From NCBI GenBank assembly GCA_038867615.1, contig JAWBYA010000001.1:448001-512000 (forward strand): DNA of 64,000 nucleotides, read 5' to 3'. The stretch is from Sulfolobales archaeon. Its GTDB lineage: Archaea > Thermoproteota > Thermoprotei_A > Sulfolobales > AG1. The translations under genes were made by a program, and so were the position numbers. Shown here piece after piece: positions 31,508 through 40,203 of this stretch. The notes beneath the pieces were generated by a model. It ran no database searches. It saw only the letters and a list, made by a program, of their open reading frames with translations, and was not told where the DNA came from. Position 1 is the first letter of the stretch. Each line of letters opens with the position of its first letter.

Positions 31508-32733
31508 GCGCCAGCACCTACCTCTTCAAAATAGAGTGGGCAGCAGTATATAATTTTCACACCAACCCCTCTAAGCTTCCCGCAAACCCTCTCGTGGGTT
31601 TCGTGGATAACATAGGCATCTTCGAGATCCCTAGCATCGAGCCATGGCTTATGGTGTGTTATGAGGGTAACATTATCTCCACCCAGGGTTTCAGCAACTT
31701 TTAGCAGGTCTTCGACATTGACTAGGGTGCTTGAGACGGCTATTAGGAGTCCCTTCACATCAAAGATCCATGGATCCTTGGTCTGTTTCAAATCTTTAAG
31801 GTGGATCTTTAGGAGTCTTGCTATTTCAGAGTGTGTGAGGGGTTCGATGAACTCGTATATGCTAAGCTTATCCGCAACCTCGGGCTCCAGGACTTTGGAC
31901 AAGCTATATGCTATAAGCCCTGTAGGATCAAGATCCAGGGTCTCTCTGCTACTAGCGTCATAAACCTTTATCCTACCCCCCAGGCTCCTTGATGCGAGGG
32001 CTACTGTGAGGAGTGATGTTGCAAGGTTATCGCAGGAGTGTTCTCCAAAACACCTAACATCTATATACAAGCCCCCAACGCCTGAGCCCTCTTCTCTTGA
32101 GAATGTTTTAACCATGAGCTTTAAAGACCTAGCAGTAGCCTTCCAGTCTATAGTCTTAAGCTCGTCTCCCGGAACATATTCTCTAGTGTATATATACTCG
32201 CCCCTCCTCCCAGCAAGCAGTACCTGGAACTCCCAAACCCCTACACCAGCTCCTCTCAAAGCCTCGAGAGCCTCTAGGAGGGCATAGACAACCCTCGGGA
32301 TAACCCTAACCCTAAAAGAGAAATCCAGTCTCAAGGGAGCCTCTAGAAGTCCTAGGGAACCGCTAACCCATAAGCGTCCCCCGCTTATATCGTAGAAGCC
32401 GGTATGTAGACCCCTAAACCTAAGCAATACCCTGTCATCTCTAAGCTCTGCACCCACAATGTTGGAGTTAAACTCAACCCTAGAGCCTCTACATGTTATC
32501 GTGGCCTCCACAACCCTTTCTTCTCCCAATAATAGTCTAAGATCATGGTCTCTGGCTTCAAGCCTGCAGCGTCTCCTAAGCCTATAAAATAGAAATGAGG
32601 CTTCGAGTGTTAAAGCTGCTGTGAGGGTTGATGCTGCGATAGATATGAAGATATCCCTTGATAATGCTGCTAGGATTGCGAGAGCTAGGGTCATGGATAT
32701 GGCGTAGAAGCCTCTCCTCGTAAGGCGTATCAA
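31504..32733 (-). CDS. DUF58 family protein
   Basis: REYVPGDELKTIDWKATAR. Confidence 0.9.
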   Translation of the reverse strand: MIRLTRRGFYAISMTLALAILAALSRDIFISIAASTLTAALTLEASFLFYRLRRRCRLEARDHDLRLLLGEERVVEATITCRGSRVEFNSNIVGAELRDDRVLLRFRGLHTGFYDISGGRLWVSGSLGLLEAPLRLDFSFRVRVIPRVVYALLEALEALRGAGVGVWEFQVLLAGRRGEYIYTREYVPGDELKTIDWKATARSLKLMVKTFSREEGSGVGGLYIDVRCFGEHSCDNLATSLLTVALASRSLGGRIKVYDASSRETLDLDPTGLIAYSLSKVLEPEVADKLSIYEFIEPLTHSEIARLLKIHLKDLKQTKDPWIFDVKGLLIAVSSTLVNVEDLLKVAETLGGDNVTLITHHKPWLDARDLEDAYVIHETHERVCGKLRGVGVKIIYCCPLYFEEVGAGA

Positions 32734-33674
32734 AGCTTTGGTACCTCTACCTCCTTAAGGGCGGTTCCTATAATGTCGTCAGCTGTGACTCCCTCTAGCT
32801 CGTACTCCCTCTTTAAAATCACCCTATGTCGTAGCACGTGGTAGGCTAGTGCTTTAACATGGTCTGGAGCAACATAGTCCAGACCCTCTAGGAAGGCCAG
32901 CACCCTCGATCCCCTCATAAGCCATATAGACGCCCTAGGGCTGGGTTTGAAGAGAACCTCCTCCCGCCCCCTTATGTAGTTGACTAGATTCACGATATAG
33001 TCCCTCACCTTATCGGATACATAGACAGAGCCTCTAACCATGGCCTGGAGTTTTGATACCTCCTCGGGCGACATTATAGGGTTGGGGTTAGCCTCCTCGA
33101 TATAGTCAGCCCTAACCAGTATCTCGCTCTCCTCCTTAGGGCTTAGATAACCCACGGAATGGTTGTAAGCGAATCTATCGATAACGTAGAAGGGTAGTGG
33201 GTAGACACCCTCCTCACCCCTCAAAGCCTTGGTAGCAACGACGAGGAATGGTTTAGGTGTCTCCTTAGTATAGCCCTCAATGGTAGCCTGTCTCTCCTGC
33301 ATCACCTCTAGCAGGGCTGATAAAGTCCTGGGAGGCGCTCTGCTAACCTCATCTATCAGAACTATGTTAGCGAATATAGGCCCCTCCCTGAATATCCAGG
33401 AGCTTTTAGCAATATCGTAGTAGAATGTTCCCAAAAGATCCGAGGGTAGCGTGTCAGCGGTCATCTGTATCCTCTTAAAAACACCCCCTATAAGTCTAGC
33501 GAAGAGCTTTAGCGTGACTGTTTTACCAGCTCCCGGAGGCCCGTCAACCAGTATATGGCCCCCGCTGGCTGCAGCAACTAGGAGCAGGTTTATAAGGCTC
33601 TCGTTCCCAACAATATATCTAGATAATGTATCCCTAACCTCGCCGAGCTTATCCCTCAGATTCTCCACTCCCAT
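32730..33674 (-). CDS. moxR: MoxR family AAA+ ATPase
   Basis: GPPGAGKT, RIQMTADTLPSD, IDEVSRA and SPRAS. Confidence 0.9.
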   Translation of the reverse strand: MGVENLRDKLGEVRDTLSRYIVGNESLINLLLVAAASGGHILVDGPPGAGKTVTLKLFARLIGGVFKRIQMTADTLPSDLLGTFYYDIAKSSWIFREGPIFANIVLIDEVSRAPPRTLSALLEVMQERQATIEGYTKETPKPFLVVATKALRGEEGVYPLPFYVIDRFAYNHSVGYLSPKEESEILVRADYIEEANPNPIMSPEEVSKLQAMVRGSVYVSDKVRDYIVNLVNYIRGREEVLFKPSPRASIWLMRGSRVLAFLEGLDYVAPDHVKALAYHVLRHRVILKREYELEGVTADDIIGTALKEVEVPKL

Positions 33675-34626
33675 AGAGATCCCTCAACAACCTCTTAAGC
33701 TTTTCAACACTCCAGCCCGGGTGTCTCAAAACTATAAACCCCACAATATCAATCTCCCTCCCCCCAGCTCTCAGAAAGGCAAGAAATCTGCTGACCAGAA
33801 AGGCAACAAGGAGGGAGGAGAGGGCGGAGACATAAACCATAGGGGGTTTTATAGCCAATCCTAAAAACTCTAGAGCACCAGCCCTAAGCCTTGACTGGAG
33901 GCTCTCAAACCTAAGCCCAGATACCAAGCTCAACCCCCCATCGCCTACTAAAGCCATGATAAAGTTCCTGTTAACATCAACCATAGAGTTTATCATAATG
34001 CTAGAGTCTGCGAGAACAACAAGCCTCCCCCTACCCACCCTAGCCTCAACAGCTACACAGAACTCGCCCGAAGGCTCCCCGGGATCCGGAGCCCCATTGA
34101 GGTTCATATCAATAAAGCTCAGCGGAGAACTCTGCCCGATGCATTTGCCCTCATAGCTTGAGAACGCTGTACCGTAGTTAAAATACCCAGTAACATTTCC
34201 CAACCTAACGCGGGGCATGAAGTAATCCTTATAATAGAACATAGGGTCTAGCAGGGGTGCGGGGTAGGTCTCTACCCTAACCCCCAGCTCTCTAGCAACC
34301 TTAAAGCCTTCTCCATCGAAATCCTCTAGGATCAAGACCATTGCTCCAGAGCCGAGGGCGCTTCTAAGCCTTTCCACGAGTCCGTCGACAATCTGGGGCG
34401 ATACTACTAGGATCACATTGCCGGGAGCCTTTTCAGCCTCCTTAGCATCTGCTATTGTAGCGTTAAACTCCTCCACAAGCCTGCTAAGCCCGTTCCACCC
34501 ACTATTACTAATATCGAAATCATCTGTTGGAGGCACTATAATCACGATCATAGGGGTTATTAGAAGAATAACTATAACAGCCAATACAACCCACTTTTTC
34601 ACATCGATAAACCGTGCCAGCCTCAT
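33649..34626 (-). CDS. DUF4350 family membrane-anchored protein
   Basis: NSGWNGLS and GRGRLVVLADSSIMINSM. Confidence 0.75.
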   Translation of the reverse strand: MRLARFIDVKKWVVLAVIVILLITPMIVIIVPPTDDFDISNSGWNGLSRLVEEFNATIADAKEAEKAPGNVILVVSPQIVDGLVERLRSALGSGAMVLILEDFDGEGFKVARELGVRVETYPAPLLDPMFYYKDYFMPRVRLGNVTGYFNYGTAFSSYEGKCIGQSSPLSFIDMNLNGAPDPGEPSGEFCVAVEARVGRGRLVVLADSSIMINSMVDVNRNFIMALVGDGGLSLVSGLRFESLQSRLRAGALEFLGLAIKPPMVYVSALSSLLVAFLVSRFLAFLRAGGREIDIVGFIVLRHPGWSVEKLKRLLRDLYGSGESEG

Positions 34627-36443
34627 CTACCACCAGCCCTCCTCAGCCTCTCTAAAGCCTCAGAAACCTCCCTCACAAGATCATCCCAGAGGTTTTGGAG
34701 GGGTCTTCCATAGAGGAATCTCTCAAGCAGTAGTATGGGCTTGCGTATAACCTCATAAACCCAGAAGGCTCTTAGCCTAACCTCTGAGAGGAACTCCCTC
34801 AGGGTGTGGCTTGCAAGCATGCTCACCCCTGTTAGCGTTGCTACAAAATCTATGAGGATCCTAACAACATCGCCGCCAGCCCGGGGCTTAGCACTAACAG
34901 CATCGCCGATAACCCCAGCCTCTCTCTGTATAGCCTGTATAGCTGGCCTCCTAATCCTTGCCCTCGCCAGCTTTAACGCTGGATATGCTATGAGAACAAC
35001 GGCTACAGCTAGGAGTGTTAGTGAAAGCGCTATTGAAAGCCAGTTAACAACATAGACCTGGAAAGACCTCTCAGCCGAAGCATAGGCAGGGTTTAGAGGA
35101 TCAGCCTTAACAGTAATGTCCACATAGCCCCCTGATATTAGGGGGGTTTGGGGCTCTACCAGGATCTCGCTCCCCACAGCCCTCTCACACACAGTACCCT
35201 CGATACAGATGGTTATGATACTGTCTGTTTGAGCCGTAACCTTGATGGGTATGTGTGAGCCTGCTAAGACCCTCTCGGGAAGCTCTATGTTGATATTCAG
35301 CGGTATCTTATAGATCGTTAGTGTTAAACGCTGGCTCGCAGGCCCCCTGACCCCCTCGGGTAGGACGTTAACCACCACCTGGTAATCGCCAGGCTTAACA
35401 CTATCTGGAATATATAGCGTTGCTGTGGCAACCCCATCAGCCCCGGCATTGGCTGTGGTTTTGCCGAAAGCTATAACCTCAACCCTGGCCCCGGGCTCTG
35501 TCTCGATAACCACCTTAACAGAGCCGCCTGGGGTGGTTTTGTCAGGGCTTAGCTCTGTCTTAAGCCTTGGTGTGTAGAATAACACCTCTACCGGCACTGC
35601 TTCTGAGATGGATGGTTTATATAGGAACCTGTCTGCCTCTACGGGGGTGTATATAGCCTTGACCTCGATGATCCTTGTGTAGTCGTTAACCCTAACCTGG
35701 GTTTTGAAACGCCCGAGCCTGTCTGTTAGGGCTTCGGCTTTGCTTGAGCCCGCTGTGATTGTAACCTTCCTCCCTGCTATAGGATCTCCAGAGGCTTCCC
35801 TCAGCTCTCCCTCAACATTTAGAAACTGGCCTGGGCTTGCGAGGAGGGGTGAGACGTTTACTGTGATCTCTGTATCCCTAGCTTCCATAAGCTGGGCTCT
35901 CAGCTGTTCTCTAAGCTCTGAAATGCGGTTTCTGAGTGAGTCTATAAGTCCCCTGAGTTTCTCGATCTCTGAGGCTAGTTCTCTCTGGGGTATGATTCTT
36001 GAGAGGATGCGTGAGGCGTCGAGTAGATCTTCCATGATGATCTCAGCTCTTCTCAAGCTATCCTCAGCGGTGTTGAGGTTCTTCTCAGCCTCGGGATATC
36101 TACCCTCGCTTAGTAGCTTCTCAGCATCTATGGTTAGGTTGCGAGCCCTCTCCGTGTGTGAGACTAGTTCTTTGAAGAGTTCTGTGAATTTTTTATATGC
36201 GTAGGAGAGTTCTCTAGGCATGTAGGCTTCCTCTATCTCTCCTATCCTAGTGAGTGCTTCGCTGAAGTTCATTGTAGATGCTAGCGTTACGATAAGCTTT
36301 AAGACTGTTATGATGCCGAGTCCTAGGGGAGGTTTCTCACCTATAAGGGCGGGGTTGACATGCTTGGGAGGTGTTATTGAGATTGCGATGTTGGCTCCGA
36401 GCACCATTATTATCAAGGCTAGGGCTAGTGCTAGGCGTTTCAA
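34623..36443 (-). CDS. Membrane-anchored surface protein with coiled coil and Ig-like domains
   Basis: Signal peptide, helical region, beta-rich repeats (TDRLGRF), TM helix near the C-terminus. Confidence 0.7.
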   Translation of the reverse strand: MKRLALALALIIMVLGANIAISITPPKHVNPALIGEKPPLGLGIITVLKLIVTLASTMNFSEALTRIGEIEEAYMPRELSYAYKKFTELFKELVSHTERARNLTIDAEKLLSEGRYPEAEKNLNTAEDSLRRAEIIMEDLLDASRILSRIIPQRELASEIEKLRGLIDSLRNRISELREQLRAQLMEARDTEITVNVSPLLASPGQFLNVEGELREASGDPIAGRKVTITAGSSKAEALTDRLGRFKTQVRVNDYTRIIEVKAIYTPVEADRFLYKPSISEAVPVEVLFYTPRLKTELSPDKTTPGGSVKVVIETEPGARVEVIAFGKTTANAGADGVATATLYIPDSVKPGDYQVVVNVLPEGVRGPASQRLTLTIYKIPLNINIELPERVLAGSHIPIKVTAQTDSIITICIEGTVCERAVGSEILVEPQTPLISGGYVDITVKADPLNPAYASAERSFQVYVVNWLSIALSLTLLAVAVVLIAYPALKLARARIRRPAIQAIQREAGVIGDAVSAKPRAGGDVVRILIDFVATLTGVSMLASHTLREFLSEVRLRAFWVYEVIRKPILLLERFLYGRPLQNLWDDLVREVSEALERLRRAGGR

Positions 36444-36685
36444 GGGGATAGCACCTCTACCACTCTATAGGCTACTGTGGCTGCGAATACTGTTAGGAGG
36501 ACTGCTAGTAGGGGGTCTTTGTATAGCTTTTTAGGCTTTAGGAGCATTTTGATTATAAGATACCAGATCGTGTATAGGGCTATGTAGGCATCAACCCTGG
36601 GCTCCCCAATGCTCCACAAGATCCAGGCTGAGAGAACCACCATCAGGGCTAGCAGTGCGTTTGAGTGGAAGTTCCAGCTACTCAA
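36440..36685 (-). CDS. Small membrane protein
   Basis: Three TM helices; overlaps both neighbours. Confidence 0.65.
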   Translation of the reverse strand: MSSWNFHSNALLALMVVLSAWILWSIGEPRVDAYIALYTIWYLIIKMLLKPKKLYKDPLLAVLLTVFAATVAYRVVEVLSP

Positions 36686-37340
36686 CTACATCGACCTCGA
36701 TAACAATCCTGTCGCCCCTAACACTCTCACCCTTTAAAATAACAGGCCTACCCAGCACCCTCGAAGCTATCGAGGCTGCAAAGACCCCGGGGACTGTGAG
36801 GGAGAAGCCCCCGATAACCTTAGCCCTAACAACCTCAGCAACTATCCTGCCCGTCTCTCTAGAGCATGTAACCCAGTCAGCTATGCCTAGAACATGTACC
36901 AAAGCCTCCTCTATTGAGGAGCATGGCTCGCTAGACTCTACAGAAACCTCACCAGGGCTTCTCAAAACCATCGCTAAACCCCAGGGGGTCTCGAGAACCC
37001 CCTTCGAAACATCAAGATCCCCTAGCATCTTAGGATCCGGGGGGTCTCTTGAAAGTATAATATACGTCCTACCCTCAACGGTCTTGAAAACAGGAGGCCC
37101 CCTAAGGTTTAGAAGCTCAGCCACCCTAGCGATATTCTCAACCTGAGCCTGTGCCAGCCTAGCTAGAACCCTCAACTCCTCCCTAGGCTCCTCAGGCGTT
37201 AGGAACATAGAGAAACCAACTATAGCGAGACCAAGCCATAAGGCTATGAGCGGGTGCAACCCCAGAATCATATATGTAACAATAGCCAATACGAGCGAGG
37301 ATAAAGCTAACGTTAAACCAAAACCCCTATACAGATTCAT
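36678..37340 (-). CDS. Hypothetical membrane protein, first gene of the MoxR operon
   Basis: Two N-terminal TM helices; likely start MNLYRG. Confidence 0.65.
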   Translation of the reverse strand: MNLYRGFGLTLALSSLVLAIVTYMILGLHPLIALWLGLAIVGFSMFLTPEEPREELRVLARLAQAQVENIARVAELLNLRGPPVFKTVEGRTYIILSRDPPDPKMLGDLDVSKGVLETPWGLAMVLRSPGEVSVESSEPCSSIEEALVHVLGIADWVTCSRETGRIVAEVVRAKVIGGFSLTVPGVFAASIASRVLGRPVILKGESVRGDRIVIEVDVVE

Positions 37341-37789
37341 AGAAACCAAAACCCCCCAGAGAAAAACCCAGGCACGTCTCCACAAAGCCCGCTAGGAATA
37401 AAGCAGACACAGGATCATAGATCCAAACCCCACCTTCAATACTATAGTAAATAGACCCCGCGGATTCATAAACCACTGCCAAGCCCAACAGCATCGAGCC
37501 CCCCATATACTATGAGATCATTCCCCGGACGGTTTGGAGCAATGCTCCCATCACCATCCAGAGTCAAGATAAAAATCAACCTATCACCAAAAGCCCTATC
37601 AACAAGACCCTTATAAATCTTCCCTATAGATATCAAAGGAACAGCCCTCTGATAACAATAACCTCGTAGCCTTTCTCATCACAGGCTATGATCCAGGTGC
37701 GAAAAACGCAACAACCCAAATCCCAACAAACCCTAGGATATATATTTTTCACACATATAAAAAACCTGCGTAAAAATTCAGCGAAATAT

Positions 37790-37814
37790 CTTTCAATTCT
37801 ATAGTAGATCGACT
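37790..37814 (-). CRISPR. Solitary CRISPR repeat AGTCGATCTACTATAGAATTGAAAG with leader-like promoter
   Basis: Identical to the repeat at 39941-39965. TATAAG lies about 25 nt upstream on the minus strand (37839-37844). Confidence 0.75.
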
Positions 37815-38036
37815 TACTTCTATTTTGCTTTTACGCGACTTATAGATATGGCTTTTTACTTATTTCAACATGATGTGAAATCAACTCTCGTCGAAAGTTG
37901 TATAATAGGCTATAAGCCACCAGGAGGTTGATCTACTATTTTATTTTATTGATATATGAAAAGTGTGGAGCCACGACCTGTAAAGCTATAGCGAATATAT
38001 ATAGGACTCCTATTAATATTACTCTGGGGAAATGCG

Positions 38037-38618
38037 ATGCAACAGATTCCGGGCTATGCATATGGGGATGTCCCCAGATCCCCGATAACAGACCAGGACT
38101 TCGAGCTCCTTAAGAAGGCTGTGATGCTGGGTGAGGAGGATTTCAGATACTTGAGGAGGGCTTGTGAGGTTCTTAAGGATCAGGTGGAGGATATACTGGA
38201 TCTCTGGTATGGCTGGGTTGGTTCTAATGAGCATCTGGTTTACTACTTCTCAGATCGCGAGACTGGGAAGCCTATAGAGAAGTACTTGCTACAGGTTAGG
38301 AAGAGGTTTGGGCAATGGATACTTGATACAACGTGTAGGGAGTATGATAGGGCTTGGCTTGACTATCAATACGAGATTGGTTTGAGGCATCATAGGACTA
38401 AGAAGGGGAGGGTGGATGATGTGAACACCGTGCCCCATATACCGTTTAGATATATGGTAGCATTTATATACCCCATAACAGCAACCATAAAGTCTTTTCT
38501 AGCTAGGAAGGGCGATCCTCCCGATGTTGTTGAGAAGATGTATAATGCGTGGTTCAAATCAATAGTGCTCCAGATAGCTATATGGAGCTATCCTTACGTT
38601 AAAGAGGGGGACTGGTGA
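38037..38618 (+). CDS. Protoglobin
   Basis: IPGYAYG, ILDLWYGWVGS, RFGQWILDT and EIGLRHHRTKK. Confidence 0.92.
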   Translation: MQQIPGYAYGDVPRSPITDQDFELLKKAVMLGEEDFRYLRRACEVLKDQVEDILDLWYGWVGSNEHLVYYFSDRETGKPIEKYLLQVRKRFGQWILDTTCREYDRAWLDYQYEIGLRHHRTKKGRVDDVNTVPHIPFRYMVAFIYPITATIKSFLARKGDPPDVVEKMYNAWFKSIVLQIAIWSYPYVKEGDW

Positions 38619-38733
38619 TAGGGGATCTCTTTTTTTAACAAACCACTCTGCTATCATTGCCGGAAGATCTGTTCCAAACCTTTCTACAGAGATCTATATA
38701 TTTGATCATGTCTACTATCTATTAGGGGTCTTT

Positions 38734-39351
38734 TTGAGCGATGCGGCGAGCAAAATCGTGGCCGCGATCGAGAGGATCTCTAGGGCGTATAGGTTCATGA
38801 TCATGGGTAGGGCTAAGAGGTATGGTATCACACTCCTTCAGGCACAGATCATTATCTTTTTAAGCGATAGCCCTAGCGGGAGGAGAAGGATCAGGGATCT
38901 CTCACAGGAGCTAGGGATCTCCCAACCAGCTGTGAGCGATTCGGTCAATGCACTGGTTAAAAAAGGCTTGGTGGTTAAGGGAGCTATAGAGACAGATAGA
39001 AGATCCAGTATGCTGAGCCTCACACAGAGAGGGGAGGAGCTTGCCAGAGATCTGAAACAGTGGCATTCGAAAGCCGTTGAGGCTTTAGAGAACGTAGTAA
39101 ACAGGGAGGAGAAGGAGAAGATCCTAGAGATCCTTCTAAAATACATAGCATCACTCCACGAGAGAGGAGCGATAAAGGTCGCAAGAACATGCCTCACATG
39201 CCGCTACCTATCAGTAAAAAGAAGCAGTACAGGTAGGGATTACTACTGCAAACTCCTCAACCTAAAACTCGGCATAGAGGGACTCCGCCTAGACTGTCCA
39301 GAACATATGCCTAGAAGATCGAGGAAACACACTGGGACTCGAGCCTCATAG
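38734..39351 (+). CDS. MarR-family regulator with C-terminal Cys cluster
   Basis: wHTH (ISQPAVSDSVNALVKKGLV...DRR) and CLTCRY...C...DCPEH. Confidence 0.85.
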   Translation: MSDAASKIVAAIERISRAYRFMIMGRAKRYGITLLQAQIIIFLSDSPSGRRRIRDLSQELGISQPAVSDSVNALVKKGLVVKGAIETDRRSSMLSLTQRGEELARDLKQWHSKAVEALENVVNREEKEKILEILLKYIASLHERGAIKVARTCLTCRYLSVKRSSTGRDYYCKLLNLKLGIEGLRLDCPEHMPRRSRKHTGTRAS

Positions 39352-39540
39352 CGGTTAATATCTCCTCGTATCAACCACTCCACACAGCTCCCAGATCTCA
39401 GGACTCCAATGAGTAGAGCCCTTATCACCAGTCTCCATACATTCAGAGCAACTCCTACCCACAGCTCCTCTTTATATTATTCCTGCCAGACTCATTGCTA
39501 TAGTGAACCCTCGCATCCCGATTCTTACCCAGCCCGCTTA
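39334..39540 (-). mobile_element. Decayed copy 3 of the 1143-1488 element
   Basis: Colinear blocks gggactcgagcctcatagcggtt, ctcaggactcc, gagcccttatca, acccacagctcc, cattgcta, cgcatcc; supplies the MarR stop codon. Confidence 0.75.
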
Positions 39541-39751
39541 GATCTTTATAGCTTATAGGCTTATCCGTAAAACAATGGGGATCTAATAGAAGAGCCGATA
39601 CTAAATAAAGCTTCATGAAAGCCGAAATAGCTTGTTACAGCAGATCACAATAATAAGTCGGATCTACAAGATCAGGATGTGCTAAAGCCGGCATACCCAA
39701 AGAAAGAGAATCTATAATTTATAAGCTGGTTAAGAATAAATATAAAGGCAG

Positions 39752-40037
39752 AGTCGATCTACTATAGAACTGAGCATCGCAAAAAGAGATCCCGTGTGAG
39801 TCGATCTGCTATAGAGATAGGCCCTCGGGGGCAATGCCCCTTAGATAGCCATAAATATCAGAGAAGATCCTAGATCAGATCGATCTACTATAGAATTGAA
39901 AGCAGGGGATAAATATTGCTAGATATTGCAACCCACAAGCAGTCGATCTACTATAGAATTGAAAGAGATACAATAACAGGTGCTTTAAAAAGGGTGGAGG
40001 GCTTCATACTTTGTTTTTAGCTCTATAGCAGATCGGC
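39752..40037 (+). CRISPR. Orphan degenerate CRISPR mini-array (4 repeats) followed by an inverted degenerate repeat
   Basis: Repeats start at 39753 and 39800 (3' degenerate) and at 39879 and 39942 (intact ATTGAAAG, ~39 nt spacer between). Inverted copy at 40014-40037. TTATAAG at 39719-39725. No cas genes in the window. Confidence 0.8.
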
Positions 40038-40109
40038 TGGTATTATTAGAATGAAAGATGGAAGTCCAGGTTATTTGGGGTTTTATATGAAGCAGCTATT
40101 GAGATCGGT

Positions 40110-40188
40110 TGGTGCGGCGGCCGGGATTTGAACCCGGGATTTCCGGCGTGGCAGGCCGGCGTCCTAGACCAGGCTAGACGACCGCCGC
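40110..40188 (-). tRNA. tRNA-Gly(GCC), CCA encoded, no intron
   Basis: Cloverleaf GCGGCGG...CCGCCGC-A-CCA, anticodon arm CCGGC-CT-GCC-AC-GCCGG, T-loop GGTTCAAATCC. Confidence 0.97.
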
Positions 40189-40203
40189 CTATTATATCTT
40201 AGT

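Noticed and set aside
40110-40160. tRNA-Gly as an integration site for the adjacent island
   Set aside because: No duplicated tRNA fragment or integrase was seen in the window.
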